The translations under genes were made by a program, and so were the position numbers. A DNA stretch of 47,008 bases from a virus. Below, piece by piece: positions 23,258 through 32,859 of this stretch. The stretch lies in UHGV virus genome UHGV-1362026. The stretch is one strand, 5' to 3'. The notes under the pieces were generated by a model that had not been told where the DNA came from, did not search any database, and worked only from the letters and a program-made list of their open reading frames with translations. Numbering within the stretch: position 1 is the first letter of the stretch; each line of letters opens with the position of its first letter.

Positions 23258-23494
23258 ATGGCAAAAGTAAAAACATACGAGTTCTGGTTTTGCACAAGCA
23301 TATTTTGCAAAGTGCGCAAAAACATCAAACGCGCTCACTGGTGGAGCAAGCCTTTACTGCTGGCACTTTACACTGTGAATGCAAAGTGCAAATTCAAAGC
23401 GATTGATATCACAGATGAGGATGCGCTCACAATCGCGAAGATTGAGTTTGAAGAAGATGGTTATTACGAAGAAATTATGGGGGTTGGGGTATGA
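23258..23494 (+). CDS. hypothetical small protein
   Basis: 78-aa ORF with ATGA overlap to the next gene. Confidence 0.5.
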   Translation: MAKVKTYEFWFCTSIFCKVRKNIKRAHWWSKPLLLALYTVNAKCKFKAIDITDEDALTIAKIEFEEDGYYEEIMGVGV

Positions 23495-23853
23495 GTGATG
23501 TGAAGCGTTATGACATCTCTTGCTTTGGTGGCATGTCTATGGATGAGTGTGGCGATGGTGCTTATGTTAATTACGAGGACTACGCAGCACTTGAATCAAA
23601 ATTAGCACAACTGATTAATGAGAATATTAAGCTCAAATCCGGGATATCCGGTCTGATACACCTCGGCATTCGATATGCAGATGTTGATGTAATGAAAATT
23701 GCTGCAGACGCTCAGCTTTCTACGCCATGCACTGACAGTATCATAAACAGCATTGTCGCAGGTAGTTATTTGAAAGATGATGGTGAGCCTAACTCAAATA
23801 TGACTTGCGACACCACCAACCAGCAATTCGAAAGCCTGGCTAAAAGTGAATAG
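23491..23853 (+). CDS. hypothetical protein
   Basis: 120-aa ORF translationally coupled to the upstream gene. Confidence 0.55.
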   Translation: MSDVKRYDISCFGGMSMDECGDGAYVNYEDYAALESKLAQLINENIKLKSGISGLIHLGIRYADVDVMKIAADAQLSTPCTDSIINSIVAGSYLKDDGEPNSNMTCDTTNQQFESLAKSE

Positions 23854-23916
23854 CTACCCTTTCATATTAATTATCAGTGCGCTCTATGTGGCGCACGCTT
23901 TAGTGGAGGCATACTC

Positions 23917-24024
23917 ATGAACAACCACCAACGACGCCAATATACCACTTGCGCTAAAATCTTTCTTGTTGTTTATGTGCTGGCACTGGTAGCAGCTATT
24001 GCAGGAGTTGTGCATTATGTTTAA
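23917..24024 (+). CDS. small single-TM peptide (35 aa)
   Basis: GGAGG RBS 8 nt upstream of the ATG; hydrophobic core IFLVVYVLALVAAIAGVV; below the ORF-track size cutoff. Confidence 0.4.
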   Translation: MNNHQRRQYTTCAKIFLVVYVLALVAAIAGVVHYV

Positions 24025-24337
24025 TAAATTAGCTGATTTCTATAAAGCATACTCGGACTGGATTGATGCTGGAGCACCAGAAGGTGAGCCATTTAGTCGT
24101 CGCGTCGGGCTTTGCGGTTCTTTATGTTTATACCTTGCAAGCAAAGGTTGCAGATTCCCGGAAAGGGATATGACGTTGCAGTTAATGAAGTCGCAATTCA
24201 TTAAGGCCGAACTCAGCCGTGATTACCCGTTTAATAACGCAGACAACTCATACCGCATGGAAAGCATGAATGGACTGATTCACACCAACAAGAACCGCGT
24301 AGCATGGGTCAAAAGGGAGTGGCAGCATTATGTTTAA
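24017..24337 (+). CDS. hypothetical protein
   Basis: In-frame ATG at 24017 of ORF 23999..24337; 106 aa. Confidence 0.5.
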   Translation: MFNKLADFYKAYSDWIDAGAPEGEPFSRRVGLCGSLCLYLASKGCRFPERDMTLQLMKSQFIKAELSRDYPFNNADNSYRMESMNGLIHTNKNRVAWVKREWQHYV

Positions 24338-24495
24338 CGACATTGGCGACGCAATGCAAAACATGTGGGAACGGCACTGGAACAGCATGAAGACGTGTCA
24401 CTACATGATGGTACAGATAGGTAATTACATTGAGGTTGTGCCAGATAACGGCGTGCATGACATCAAGTACATGTGCTCAACAAGGGATTTCGATA

Positions 24496-24669
24496 ATGCA
24501 AACCACTAAGCAAAAAGTCTGGCAAATCGCAAAGCAGCACGAACTGGATGACTTCATCGCGAAGGTAGCAAAAGCATTCCCTGATGCGCTTGAAATCGTT
24601 CATGTGCAGACGCGAACAGAAAATGCATGGTGCTATGCTGGCAAGCGTGATAATGATGGTGTACAATAA
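24496..24669 (+). CDS. hypothetical small protein
   Basis: ATG at 24496 with AAGGGA RBS inside ORF 24430..24669; 57 aa. Confidence 0.45.
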   Translation: MQTTKQKVWQIAKQHELDDFIAKVAKAFPDALEIVHVQTRTENAWCYAGKRDNDGVQ

Positions 24670-24712
24670 ACGCATAACCACCATTGCTTTCACTCATATC
24701 ATCACCAAACCT

Positions 24713-24742
24713 TCAACCCGCCTTGTGCGGGTTCTTTTTTAT
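24713..24742 (+). terminator. rho-independent terminator ending the early small-gene unit
   Basis: AACCCGCcttgtGCGGGTTcttttttat. Confidence 0.8.
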
Positions 24743-24787
24743 CTGTGTTAAACTAACTATATCGAAATACGAAAAGACGAAAAAAGA

Positions 24788-25234
24788 ATGGCTAATCCAA
24801 ACCCTGTCATGAAATTTTCCTCTGAATACCAGCCCGCTGGCAGAGGATTAAGCTACAGAAACAGGCTTATTGAAGCATTAAAACGCTGCGGACTTGGTGA
24901 GGAGGAATTCCTTGACGCATTCATCAGGACGTCAATCAAGATGACTGAGGAAAACCCGACTCAGGGCGTGCAAATGCTGAAGGAAATATTCCTGCGCATC
25001 AGCCCAGTGCAAAAAAGTATGGCACCTCCGGTTAATTTTAAATACCGCAAAGATGCTACTCCAGTTGAGCAGATAGAGGACGTCATTCAATCTGTTTCCA
25101 GTGGAGAACTACCAATTGATGTTGCGTCTCAGGTTGTATCTATGATTAAGGTTGGTCTTGACGTGAAAGAATTAACCGAACTCGCCGCGCGCCTTGAGCG
25201 ACTGGAGAAATTACTGGAGCAGCAGAATGCGTGA
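24788..25234 (+). CDS. putative terminase small subunit (assigned by position upstream of TerL)
   Basis: 148-aa ORF, first gene after the terminator and immediately before the large terminase gene; helical and charged; no specific motif. Confidence 0.5.
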   Translation: MANPNPVMKFSSEYQPAGRGLSYRNRLIEALKRCGLGEEEFLDAFIRTSIKMTEENPTQGVQMLKEIFLRISPVQKSMAPPVNFKYRKDATPVEQIEDVIQSVSSGELPIDVASQVVSMIKVGLDVKELTELAARLERLEKLLEQQNA

Positions 25235-25385
25235 TGTTGTTACGTGGTGCTTTGTGGCATCTATCGCCATGAGCATGATTAGCGCGATTATGCCATCAAG
25301 GGATTTTGCTGGCAGCATATTCGCATTCATGTTCTGGATATCAGGATGGGTTATCGCTTGGGGTCGGATTCGCTATGGCTCGTAA
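25227..25385 (+). CDS. small hydrophobic protein between the terminase subunit genes
   Basis: 52 aa from ATG 25227; two hydrophobic segments; its stop overlaps the TerL start. Confidence 0.4.
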   Translation: MRDVVTWCFVASIAMSMISAIMPSRDFAGSIFAFMFWISGWVIAWGRIRYGS

Positions 25386-26799
25386 ACGACTCTCAGCGCT
25401 GGCAATCGAAAAGCTGGAAGCTCAGATTGATGATGCAATGACAGATGTTGCAGAGTCAGCCATTTTTGGCATCTTCGACATGCAGAAAAACGTTATCAAG
25501 CGCTTAAGGATGACTGCTACTGGCGTTGATGATGTGACCAATGCAACCACTCATGCCGACCACCTGATCCCTGCAAAGCTGGAGCGCCTGCTTTACCCCA
25601 AACGATTTAAGTTTGTCTACGGTGGCCGTGGGTCAGGGAAAACGAGAACGATTATCACTATACTCACTGAGCGCGCAAGGTTTCGACCTGACCGCTTCGC
25701 CTGCTTTCGCGAGATTCAGCAATCCATTGAAGACTCAAGCTACCAGGAGCTTGTTGACGAAATAGCCCGCAAGGGTGAGTCATCAGAGTTTCGCATTATC
25801 AACAATGAGATAACGCACAAAAAGACTAAGGCTAAATTTCGCTTTAAGGGGCTGTATCGCAATCAGACTACGGTTAAGGGTTTTGCTGGCATCACCGTTG
25901 GCTGGGTAGAGGAGGCAGAGAACGTCAGCCAGACAAGCTGGGATATTCTGGTTCCCACTATCCGCGCTGCCAATTCCGAACTGTGGTGCTCATTCAACCC
26001 CAACAAGGAAACAGACCCGACGTGGAAAAACTGGATTGCCCCTTATCAATCGCAGATGGTTGATGGCATATTCGAAAATGATGAAATTCTGATTATCGAA
26101 TGCAACTATTCAGATAACCCGTGGTTCTGGGATACGCCTCTGCCATCAGCCATGGAGCAAATGAAGCGAACTGATTACGACCGTTATCGCTGGATTTGGA
26201 TGGGAGCCTTCAACAAACGCAGCGACGAGCAGGTCTTCGGCGGCAAATGGCGCATTGATAACTTTGAGGTTAAACCTGAATGGCATGGCCCATATTTCGG
26301 GATGGACTTCGGTTTTTCCACGGATCCTACCGCAATGGTTGAGGTTTACATCGAAGAGTTACCAGGCGGGCGGAGAAACATTTATATTAATCGCGAGTAC
26401 GGCAAGGTTGGGCTTGAGATTACCGACACGCCAGCTGCGATGGAGCAATCATTCCCGATGGCTAAACGTGCACGATGGTATGCCGACTGTGCGCGACCTG
26501 AAACCATCAGCCACATCAAGCGTTCTGGATTCGATATTCATCCATGCACAAAATGGCCCGGAAGTGTCGAGGATGGCGTAACGTGGCTGCGAGGCTGTGA
26601 CAGCATCGTCATTCACGAGCGGTGTAAGGAAATGCAGAATGAGGCAGCAATGTACAGTTACAAGGTCGATAAGCTGACCGGAAACGTACTGACTGATATT
26701 GTTGATGCATACAACCATTACTGGGATGCGGTTCGTTACGCACTCAATGACCACATAGTCCAACGCGGCAGCGGGATGCTAATCCGTCGCAGGCGATAA
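25375..26799 (+). CDS. terminase large subunit (PBSX/Terminase_6-type)
   Basis: Walker A VYGGRGSGKTRT; 474 aa from ATG 25375. Confidence 0.9.
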   Translation: MARKRLSALAIEKLEAQIDDAMTDVAESAIFGIFDMQKNVIKRLRMTATGVDDVTNATTHADHLIPAKLERLLYPKRFKFVYGGRGSGKTRTIITILTERARFRPDRFACFREIQQSIEDSSYQELVDEIARKGESSEFRIINNEITHKKTKAKFRFKGLYRNQTTVKGFAGITVGWVEEAENVSQTSWDILVPTIRAANSELWCSFNPNKETDPTWKNWIAPYQSQMVDGIFENDEILIIECNYSDNPWFWDTPLPSAMEQMKRTDYDRYRWIWMGAFNKRSDEQVFGGKWRIDNFEVKPEWHGPYFGMDFGFSTDPTAMVEVYIEELPGGRRNIYINREYGKVGLEITDTPAAMEQSFPMAKRARWYADCARPETISHIKRSGFDIHPCTKWPGSVEDGVTWLRGCDSIVIHERCKEMQNEAAMYSYKVDKLTGNVLTDIVDAYNHYWDAVRYALNDHIVQRGSGMLIRRRR

Positions 26800-26814
26800 A
26801 TCTGCACCACCACA

Positions 26815-26843
26815 CTTGACCAATCTACACCGAGCGCATAGTA
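26815..26843 (+). promoter_or_regulatory. candidate sigma70 promoter TTGACC-17-TAGTAT for the cassette downstream of TerL
   Basis: TTGACC 26815-26820, 17-nt spacer containing AATCTACACC, TAGTAT 26838-26843; a second motif copy ATCTACATCA at 26845-26854. Confidence 0.4.
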
Positions 26844-26874
26844 TATCTACATCAGGATTACCGGAGATATCACT

Positions 26875-27084
26875 ATGCGCAGCTATGCAGGATTCACACA
26901 GGAGGAAAAAGAACAGGTTTATTCGCTGGCGCGGGCTGGCGTGCCTGATGATGTGATTTGCCGTCGGTATGACATCGACAAGGATTTTCTGCTGCGCGTT
27001 ATTGATGATGTTTTCGTTAACCTGCAAGAGAAGCGCGGGTACAAGGGTATCTGCTGCAAGAATGATTTTTTGAGGGGTGAGTGA
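26875..27084 (+). CDS. hypothetical small protein
   Basis: 69-aa ORF; GGAG upstream; first gene of the cassette. Confidence 0.5.
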   Translation: MRSYAGFTQEEKEQVYSLARAGVPDDVICRRYDIDKDFLLRVIDDVFVNLQEKRGYKGICCKNDFLRGE

Positions 27085-27269
27085 TGCTTAAGATGAGCAA
27101 CAGAAGCAAGATTGGCAGGATTGCTTTATTGCCAATCTTCCTGCCTGTGTGGTTGTTATGGGTTTTATTTTCTGGGGCGAGAAATTTATTTGAGTATCTT
27201 GAGTTTTGGCAGAAAAAGGTTATGCGAAAATTCAATGATGTCATTGATAAGTGGTTTCCGCTTTGTTGA
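27084..27269 (+). CDS. small membrane protein
   Basis: 61 aa; hydrophobic IALLPIFLPVWLLWVLFSG; GGGTGAGTGATG junction (RBS, overlapping stop, start). Confidence 0.5.
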   Translation: MLKMSNRSKIGRIALLPIFLPVWLLWVLFSGARNLFEYLEFWQKKVMRKFNDVIDKWFPLC

Positions 27270-27274
27270 GGTGA

Positions 27275-27463
27275 ATGATGAGCGTTTATTTTATTCATGC
27301 TGAAGTTTCTCTGAGAAACGGAATCGTTGTTGAGAATATATCGATGATCATTTCTGCGCATGATGCAAATTCAGCGCATGAACTATTTTGGTTGAGCGAC
27401 ATGGTGACTGGAATCCAGAAAGGGCTTATTGTGGTTATTGATAAATTTGAGAGGGTTGAGTGA
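27275..27463 (+). CDS. hypothetical small protein
   Basis: 62-aa ORF; GAGGTGAATGATG junction. Confidence 0.5.
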   Translation: MMSVYFIHAEVSLRNGIVVENISMIISAHDANSAHELFWLSDMVTGIQKGLIVVIDKFERVE

Positions 27464-27963
27464 TGACCACAATAGCGTGGGACGGGAAAGTAATTGCACA
27501 TGACAGCCAGTCTACGGCGGGCAACCTTGTCATGGCTAATCAGGTTAAATCCTTTATCGTAAATGCCAGTGACGCATTGTTTATTCGTGGAGAGTTAGCA
27601 AAGCTGATTGTTTGCAGTGGAACGGCTGGTGATGAGCGATGGGGTGCGCACTTCATGCGCAATAGCTCAGTTGATGACATTCTTGAATTACCTGAAGAAC
27701 TGACATTTAATTTGTGGGTGTTTACTGAGCGCGGTAACTGCTACGCAATTCATAAATACCAAGGGAATAAGCACCCATCAGTTTACGTGATAATCCCGCC
27801 ATTCGCATCCGGTAGCGGCACAGACATAGCGATGACTGCAATGTATTTGGGGCAGACGGCTGAGGAGGCCATTATCACTGCGTCGGTACTTGATGCTTAC
27901 ACGGATTCAAATGTTAAATGCTATGACTTTGTTCATGGCGCTACTGATAACGAACTTTGCTGA
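27463..27963 (+). CDS. HslV / proteasome beta-subunit-like (Ntn-hydrolase) Thr-peptidase homolog
   Basis: 166 aa from ATG 27463 (TGATG overlap). MTTIAWDGKVIAHDSQSTAGNLVMANQVKSF aligns with HslV [35 protein letters not shown] (Thr after the initiator Met, Asp17-like, Lys33-like). C-terminal FASGSGTDIAMTAMYLGQTAEEAIITASVLDAYTD aligns with [36 protein letters not shown]. Confidence 0.6.
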   Translation: MTTIAWDGKVIAHDSQSTAGNLVMANQVKSFIVNASDALFIRGELAKLIVCSGTAGDERWGAHFMRNSSVDDILELPEELTFNLWVFTERGNCYAIHKYQGNKHPSVYVIIPPFASGSGTDIAMTAMYLGQTAEEAIITASVLDAYTDSNVKCYDFVHGATDNELC

Positions 27964-27971
27964 GGTGAGTG

Positions 27972-28181
27972 ATGATTATTGAAAGAGAAGATGGGTTTTT
28001 AGCAAAAGATAAAACAATTTCATACATGAGTGGCGAGATTGACGTTGAATCCGCTGAAACGCTCGGTACTGAATTCATTTCGCTGTATCAATGTGGAGAG
28101 CAGGTTGCTATGACAAAAACGCAGGCCACCAAACTCATCGCAGTGCTTCAGAAATTGATTGATGGCGGGGAGGTGGAATGA
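27972..28181 (+). CDS. hypothetical small protein
   Basis: 69 aa; GAGGTGAGTGATG junction. Confidence 0.5.
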   Translation: MIIEREDGFLAKDKTISYMSGEIDVESAETLGTEFISLYQCGEQVAMTKTQATKLIAVLQKLIDGGEVE

Positions 28182-28390
28182 TGACCAGAATTGAACTTCA
28201 TGAGCTTGCCGTAATATGCAGACAGAGACTTGAAGATGTATGGATGAGTTGAGTATTTAATACCAAAAGTTACAGCCTTCATGCAAAATGCAGAGGGCTT
28301 GTGGCTGGAGACAGAATGGAGTTGGCGATATTCCACCACGACAACGAAGCGCTCAAAAGGCGCGCGTTTGATGATTGATACCATGCTATA

Positions 28391-28419
28391 ATCCCATCCA
28401 ACGTGATGGGATTTTTTAT
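28391..28419 (+). terminator. rho-independent terminator directly upstream of the portal gene, overlapping an extended -10 element
   Basis: CCCATCcaacgtGATGGGattttttat; TGcTATAAT at 28384-28392 sits immediately upstream. Confidence 0.65.
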
Positions 28420-28427
28420 GGTGACAT

Positions 28428-29840
28428 ATGTCCAAAATTGATGCATTAAACGCCTACATACGCGACCGCGTGGCGAACAATAACCGGGCGCTTCAGCAGC
28501 AACGGCTTTGCGCTGGCGGGAAGAATCTTGACCAGAAGCACGACAGACTCTGGACGGAATGCGGCTACCCGCAGGAAATCACCGCCGAGATGTTCCGCTA
28601 TGCATACGAGCGACATCCAGCTGCCGCCGCTGGCATTAATCGCATTATTAATAAATGCTGGCAGAAATACCCTGAGGTTGTCGAAGATGGCGAGGATGAC
28701 AAGAACTCAACGCCGTGGGAGCTGTCCATCAACGACATGATGAAGCGCGCATACCCATTCATCAAAGAAGCTGACAAGCGCAACGCCATCAACCGCTATT
28801 CCGCTGTTATCCTGCAAATCCGTGATGGCAAACAGTGGAGTGAGCCTGTAGACATCACCAAAACACGCCGCATTAAAGATAAATCCATTGTTCGCTTTAT
28901 TCCAGTATGGGAGGAGCAGCTACGCGTTAGCGCATGGAATAACGACGAAACCAGCGAAGACTACGGCATGCCTGAGATGTACGAATATCAGGAAAGCGCC
29001 GTGGAAGATTTCGATAGTGACGGCAAGCCTGAGCGTTCAGTGCAGATTCATCCTGACCGCATCATAATTCTGGCTGAAGGTAGTTTTGACGGCAGCATGT
29101 TTAGCGGTATCCCGATGCTACGCGCTGGCTACAACAGCCTTATCGATATGGCGAAGGTTTCCGGCAGTTCTGCGGAAGGCTTCCTGAAGAATGCAAGCCG
29201 CCAACTGGCTGTTAACTACACGAAGGATAACGTAACGCCAGCAAGCCTCGCGCAGTCGATGGGTGTCGATATCGAAGAGCTAACCGAAATCATGAATGAG
29301 AACATTGAGGCGCTGAACTCAGGCATTGACGCCGCTATGTTCACAATGGGGGCGGATGCGAAGGTTCTTGCTGTCACGCCATCTGACCCGAAACCTACAT
29401 GGGAAGTGGCTGCCAACCAGTTCGCTGCATCAATGGCGCTTCCGTTCACCGTCATTTTTGGTCAGCAAACTGGACGCCTTGCAAGCGATGAGGACAAAAT
29501 GCAGGAGGCGATGACCGCCAAACAACGTCGTGAAACATGGGTTGATTATGTCATCTCAATGTTCGTTGAACGCATGATTCAGTTCGGCATTGTCGATAAA
29601 GCACCAGCGAATGGTTACAAGGTTAAGTGGGATGATTTACTTGCTCCATCGGAACTGGATAAAGCTGAATTGCTGGCTAAGCTCGCCACTGCGAACAAGT
29701 CGTTCTTTGATGCTGGTCAATCTGCGTTGCTGACCGTCGATGAGGCGCGCGGCATGGTTGGTATGGAACCAATTGAACTTGACGAAAGCTATCGCGAAGA
29801 CACACCACCGGAAGATGAAGATGAAGATACTCCGGTTTAA
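28428..29840 (+). CDS. portal protein (HI1409/DUF1073-type, pairs with the Mu F-like gene)
   Basis: 470 aa between TerL and the F-like morphogenesis gene; acidic C-terminus [10 protein letters not shown]. Confidence 0.75.
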   Translation: MSKIDALNAYIRDRVANNNRALQQQRLCAGGKNLDQKHDRLWTECGYPQEITAEMFRYAYERHPAAAAGINRIINKCWQKYPEVVEDGEDDKNSTPWELSINDMMKRAYPFIKEADKRNAINRYSAVILQIRDGKQWSEPVDITKTRRIKDKSIVRFIPVWEEQLRVSAWNNDETSEDYGMPEMYEYQESAVEDFDSDGKPERSVQIHPDRIIILAEGSFDGSMFSGIPMLRAGYNSLIDMAKVSGSSAEGFLKNASRQLAVNYTKDNVTPASLAQSMGVDIEELTEIMNENIEALNSGIDAAMFTMGADAKVLAVTPSDPKPTWEVAANQFAASMALPFTVIFGQQTGRLASDEDKMQEAMTAKQRRETWVDYVISMFVERMIQFGIVDKAPANGYKVKWDDLLAPSELDKAELLAKLATANKSFFDAGQSALLTVDEARGMVGMEPIELDESYREDTPPEDEDEDTPV

Positions 29841-30771
29841 CGCCAGACTTCCACAACCGCGCATATCGCAGAGTCTTACGGACCCGTTAGGCGCTGCGAC
29901 TCGCCTGTCGAAAATGGATAAGGTGATAACGCGCAAATACAAACAACTCAGGACTCGTGCGATTGAGTTGTTTCGCGCCATTCCGAGCAGTCATACCAAC
30001 GCAGAATCAAGTGGTCTGTATTTCTACGATTTCAGCAGTGCACGCGCTGCGACATTTATGGATGAGTTGCAGGCGCTGATTGACGAGATTCTGCTTGAAG
30101 GTGACGATTTCGGACACGACAGGATGTGGGCCAATGTATTCATCGGTGATGCGTATCAGGCCGGAACGCAGAAGGCAAACTCAGAACTATCAAGCCTGTC
30201 TCCTGTTTATGCTGAACAGCGACCGATTGCTGCGATACTCTACAGTGAGCCTTATCTGAATCGACTGCAACTGGCTTATACGCAAGGATACTCAGACTGG
30301 CGCGGACTGAGTGATTATTCCAGGCAACAACTTGCATCTGTCATTATGGAAGGAATTGCCCGTGGCGCTAACCCTCGTGATGTTGAATCTGACATCATTA
30401 AGCGCGTCGATGTGTCTCACAGCTACGCGAAACAGATAGCGCAGACAGAAATCACTGGAACACTGCGGCAGGCTAACAGGCGGGAAGTCATTGAGGCGCG
30501 CGAGGAATTAGGTATTGAGACGGTGATGCTGTGGCAATCAGCATTGATGCGCACAACACGCCAGACGCACGCGGAGAGACACGGACGGTTTTATACGCCA
30601 GAGGAGATTGACACGTTCTATAGTGAGGGAGCAAACCGCAGGAACTGCCACTGCGCACAGACTCCGGCTTTGTTAATGGATGGTAAGCCGGTAATCCTTG
30701 AATCTTCACAGGAAAGACTTGATAAGCAGCGTGAAGCGTGGCAATCAGCCAACAAAAAGCCCTCTAAGTGA
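29815..30771 (+). CDS. head morphogenesis protein (Mu F / SPP1 gp7-like)
   Basis: Conserved C-terminal block ...[20 protein letters not shown]...NCHCAQT (H-x-NC(R/H)C); start uncertain (ATG 29815/29821 inside the portal 3' end). Confidence 0.7.
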   Translation: MKMKILRFNARLPQPRISQSLTDPLGAATRLSKMDKVITRKYKQLRTRAIELFRAIPSSHTNAESSGLYFYDFSSARAATFMDELQALIDEILLEGDDFGHDRMWANVFIGDAYQAGTQKANSELSSLSPVYAEQRPIAAILYSEPYLNRLQLAYTQGYSDWRGLSDYSRQQLASVIMEGIARGANPRDVESDIIKRVDVSHSYAKQIAQTEITGTLRQANRREVIEAREELGIETVMLWQSALMRTTRQTHAERHGRFYTPEEIDTFYSEGANRRNCHCAQTPALLMDGKPVILESSQERLDKQREAWQSANKKPSK

Positions 30772-30786
30772 GGGCTTGGTTTTATC
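30756..30786 (+). terminator. rho-independent terminator
   Basis: GCCCTCtaagtGAGGGCttggtttta; the stop codon lies in the loop. Confidence 0.75.
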
Positions 30787-30854
30787 TTATCAGCATGCAC
30801 AGAACAAATATTATTATCGCATAGCACAATATCTCTACGATGCTGAATATTGTT

Positions 30855-31448
30855 TTAATCATCCAGTTTAACGCCGGGAATTTTGCCAGCTGCAATGGCG
30901 TCGTAAATGATTTCGTACTCACTATAAATCCAGTTGTCACCCTCATCAGCTTCCCTCTGCATTGCCTCTATTGCTGCATCTCGCTTCCTTTCTGCTTCTG
31001 TGCGTAGCGGTTTTATGCGCCCTGAGTTAGCCTGAATGGAGAAGTATTTGCAGGCAGGAACGTTGCGCATCACAACAGCCTTTCCGTCAAAATCATAACC
31101 AACAACAATGCAATGAATTACACCCTCATCAACATGGCATTCACACTCACACCAAACTGGCGGGACGCCTTCGCCGTCCCATGCTGGATTTTGCGATGCT
31201 GCGAGTGCTGATTCGTATTCTTTAGCTGTAACTATGCAACCATACAATGTATCGCCAAGGCCACCAATACCAGAAAAAACCATCTCTTCCTTTGATGTTA
31301 TTGAATTATTTCCTGCGCCAACTTGTCTGTGGGAAAAAACAATAGTTAAGCAGTGGCGATCATATTGTGTTAGATGACAGTATTCCGCATCCTCAGGCCA
31401 CCCGCCACGCTTAGGTAATTCTTGAACTAACAGGTCGATAAGTTTCAT
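30855..31448 (-). CDS. hypothetical protein
   Basis: 197 aa, last gene of a leftward accessory operon; Cys/His-containing. Confidence 0.55.
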   Translation of the reverse strand: MKLIDLLVQELPKRGGWPEDAEYCHLTQYDRHCLTIVFSHRQVGAGNNSITSKEEMVFSGIGGLGDTLYGCIVTAKEYESALAASQNPAWDGEGVPPVWCECECHVDEGVIHCIVVGYDFDGKAVVMRNVPACKYFSIQANSGRIKPLRTEAERKRDAAIEAMQREADEGDNWIYSEYEIIYDAIAAGKIPGVKLDD

Positions 31449-31669
31449 TTTGTTTCTCCGTCAGAAAGTATTTCTTTATATTCACCCTCAACCTCGTGCA
31501 ACTCACCCAGCTTAAATACCTCATACGAGCTTTGGCCACCTTCGCGCCATGCGTGAACGTCATTCAGTTTTTCAGCCACCGCATTAGCCTCCTGCTCAGT
31601 TGGATAAATTGCAACGACATTTAATGAGACACCGCATTCGATACATCCAATATTAAATACAAGCCACAT
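31445..31669 (-). CDS. hypothetical small protein
   Basis: 74 aa; ATGA overlap. Confidence 0.5.
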   Translation of the reverse strand: MWLVFNIGCIECGVSLNVVAIYPTEQEANAVAEKLNDVHAWREGGQSSYEVFKLGELHEVEGEYKEILSDGETK

Positions 31670-31671
31670 GA

Positions 31672-32007
31672 TTATTCTCCCAGCGCCTTATTAACCGCCG
31701 CACGTGCATTATCCAGAGCGCGACGCTTGCTTGATGTTGTCCAGACTTTGCCGGAGTTGTCGTCGTAGATTTCCAGTAGTTGCTGGAGTGCTGATAGTAG
31801 CTCTGGTTGTGATGAGTAACGAGAGCCAGAATACATATCGATCTGACTAACTAACTCAGAAACATCAACATCAAATGATTCCAGCGTTTCGCACCCACCG
31901 ACCTTAGCTCCACATAGTCGATGTCCAGATGATTCATCACCAATAAGAAGAGAGTAGCCACCGCACTGGTTTTCGCTAATTTCAATCAATACGCTTTTCT
32001 TGCTCAT
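31672..32007 (-). CDS. hypothetical protein
   Basis: ATG 32007 (MSKKSV...) with AGGTTGGTG RBS; 111 aa. Confidence 0.5.
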   Translation of the reverse strand: MSKKSVLIEISENQCGGYSLLIGDESSGHRLCGAKVGGCETLESFDVDVSELVSQIDMYSGSRYSSQPELLSALQQLLEIYDDNSGKVWTTSSKRRALDNARAAVNKALGE

Positions 32008-32015
32008 CACCAACC

Positions 32016-32159
32016 TCATTTAATATATTCAACAATCTTAACTTCACGCATCTGCACCAGACCAAATGGTGCAACCAATTTACCGCACGGACGGATTTTG
32101 ATTTGCTCAAGGCCGAACACTCCGCAGCGTCCGCTTTCTTTGAATTTGACCATTACCAT
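32016..32159 (-). CDS. hypothetical small protein (47 aa)
   Basis: GAGGTG RBS; ATGA overlap with the downstream gene; below the track cutoff. Confidence 0.35.
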   Translation of the reverse strand: MVMVKFKESGRCGVFGLEQIKIRPCGKLVAPFGLVQMREVKIVEYIK

Positions 32160-32161
32160 AA

Positions 32162-32476
32162 TTACACCTCGAATGATTTTGTTAAATTGCCGAGTGGCTT
32201 ACCGATAACGCCAGTTACCACCCCTTGATATGACAACCTGACCTCATTCAGGAAGCATGGGTGAGTCTGCGTAAATTCAATGCAGTCAAACCACATTGAA
32301 AAACCAGCGTTCTTCAGTGTGCATAGATTGCAATACCACTCAATACGAAATCTTGCGCCATCAGGGGTCTCTATGCGTATATCGCGCAAGCTCAAATCAT
32401 CAATTGACTTCAATGCGCCTTTTTCTTTCGCTAACTCCAGTAGTTTAATTAACTCTTCTCTATTGTTAGTTTTCAT
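32162..32476 (-). CDS. hypothetical protein
   Basis: ATG 32476 (MKTNN...) with GAGGTG RBS; first gene of the leftward operon. Confidence 0.5.
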   Translation of the reverse strand: MKTNNREELIKLLELAKEKGALKSIDDLSLRDIRIETPDGARFRIEWYCNLCTLKNAGFSMWFDCIEFTQTHPCFLNEVRLSYQGVVTGVIGKPLGNLTKSFEV

Positions 32477-32507
32477 CTTCATCACCTCATTCACCGTTTG
32501 ATGTAGA

Positions 32508-32554
32508 TACTATGCACTACCACTCAATCTACGTCAACCTCATTGTGATAGAAT
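32508..32554. promoter_or_regulatory. divergent control region with an inverted pair of the 12-mer and an extended -10
   Basis: TTGATGTAGATA (32508-32519) and AATCTACGTCAA (32527-32538); TGaTAGAAT extended -10 at 32546-32554, 27 nt upstream of the ATG at 32581. Confidence 0.45.
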
Positions 32555-32580
32555 TAATCATTATTTGAACAGGAGGCAGA

Positions 32581-32859
32581 ATGAAACTATCGCAACGCGG
32601 CATGGAGACGCTTGGAATCACCAATGCCGTGGATATATCGCCTTACATCACCACTGAGACAACGCAGAATCAGTTTGATGCGCTGACAAGCCTTGCCACC
32701 GACATCGGCATTGACTCGTTCCGCAAATCAACGCTTCTGAAGAAACACAACCTTCGCTGCTTCTCATGTGTCGTCGCGCATTTCATCGTGTGGGGTGAGA
32801 AGACTGGCGACAAAGCAAAACGCAAGGCTGAAAAAGAGGTTTACTGGTATGGCTATTAG
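32581..32859 (+). CDS. hypothetical protein (first gene of the lysis unit)
   Basis: 92 aa with AGGAGG RBS; hydrophilic, not holin-like. Confidence 0.5.
   Translation: MKLSQRGMETLGITNAVDISPYITTETTQNQFDALTSLATDIGIDSFRKSTLLKKHNLRCFSCVVAHFIVWGEKTGDKAKRKAEKEVYWYGY

Noticed and set aside
27066-28190. Repeated GAGGTGAGTGATG junctions as a mobile-element repeat
   Set aside because: Each is explained as RBS, stop and start for translational coupling; the same pattern occurs at unrelated junctions (e.g. 43936-43950), so a functional constraint is more likely than a repeat element
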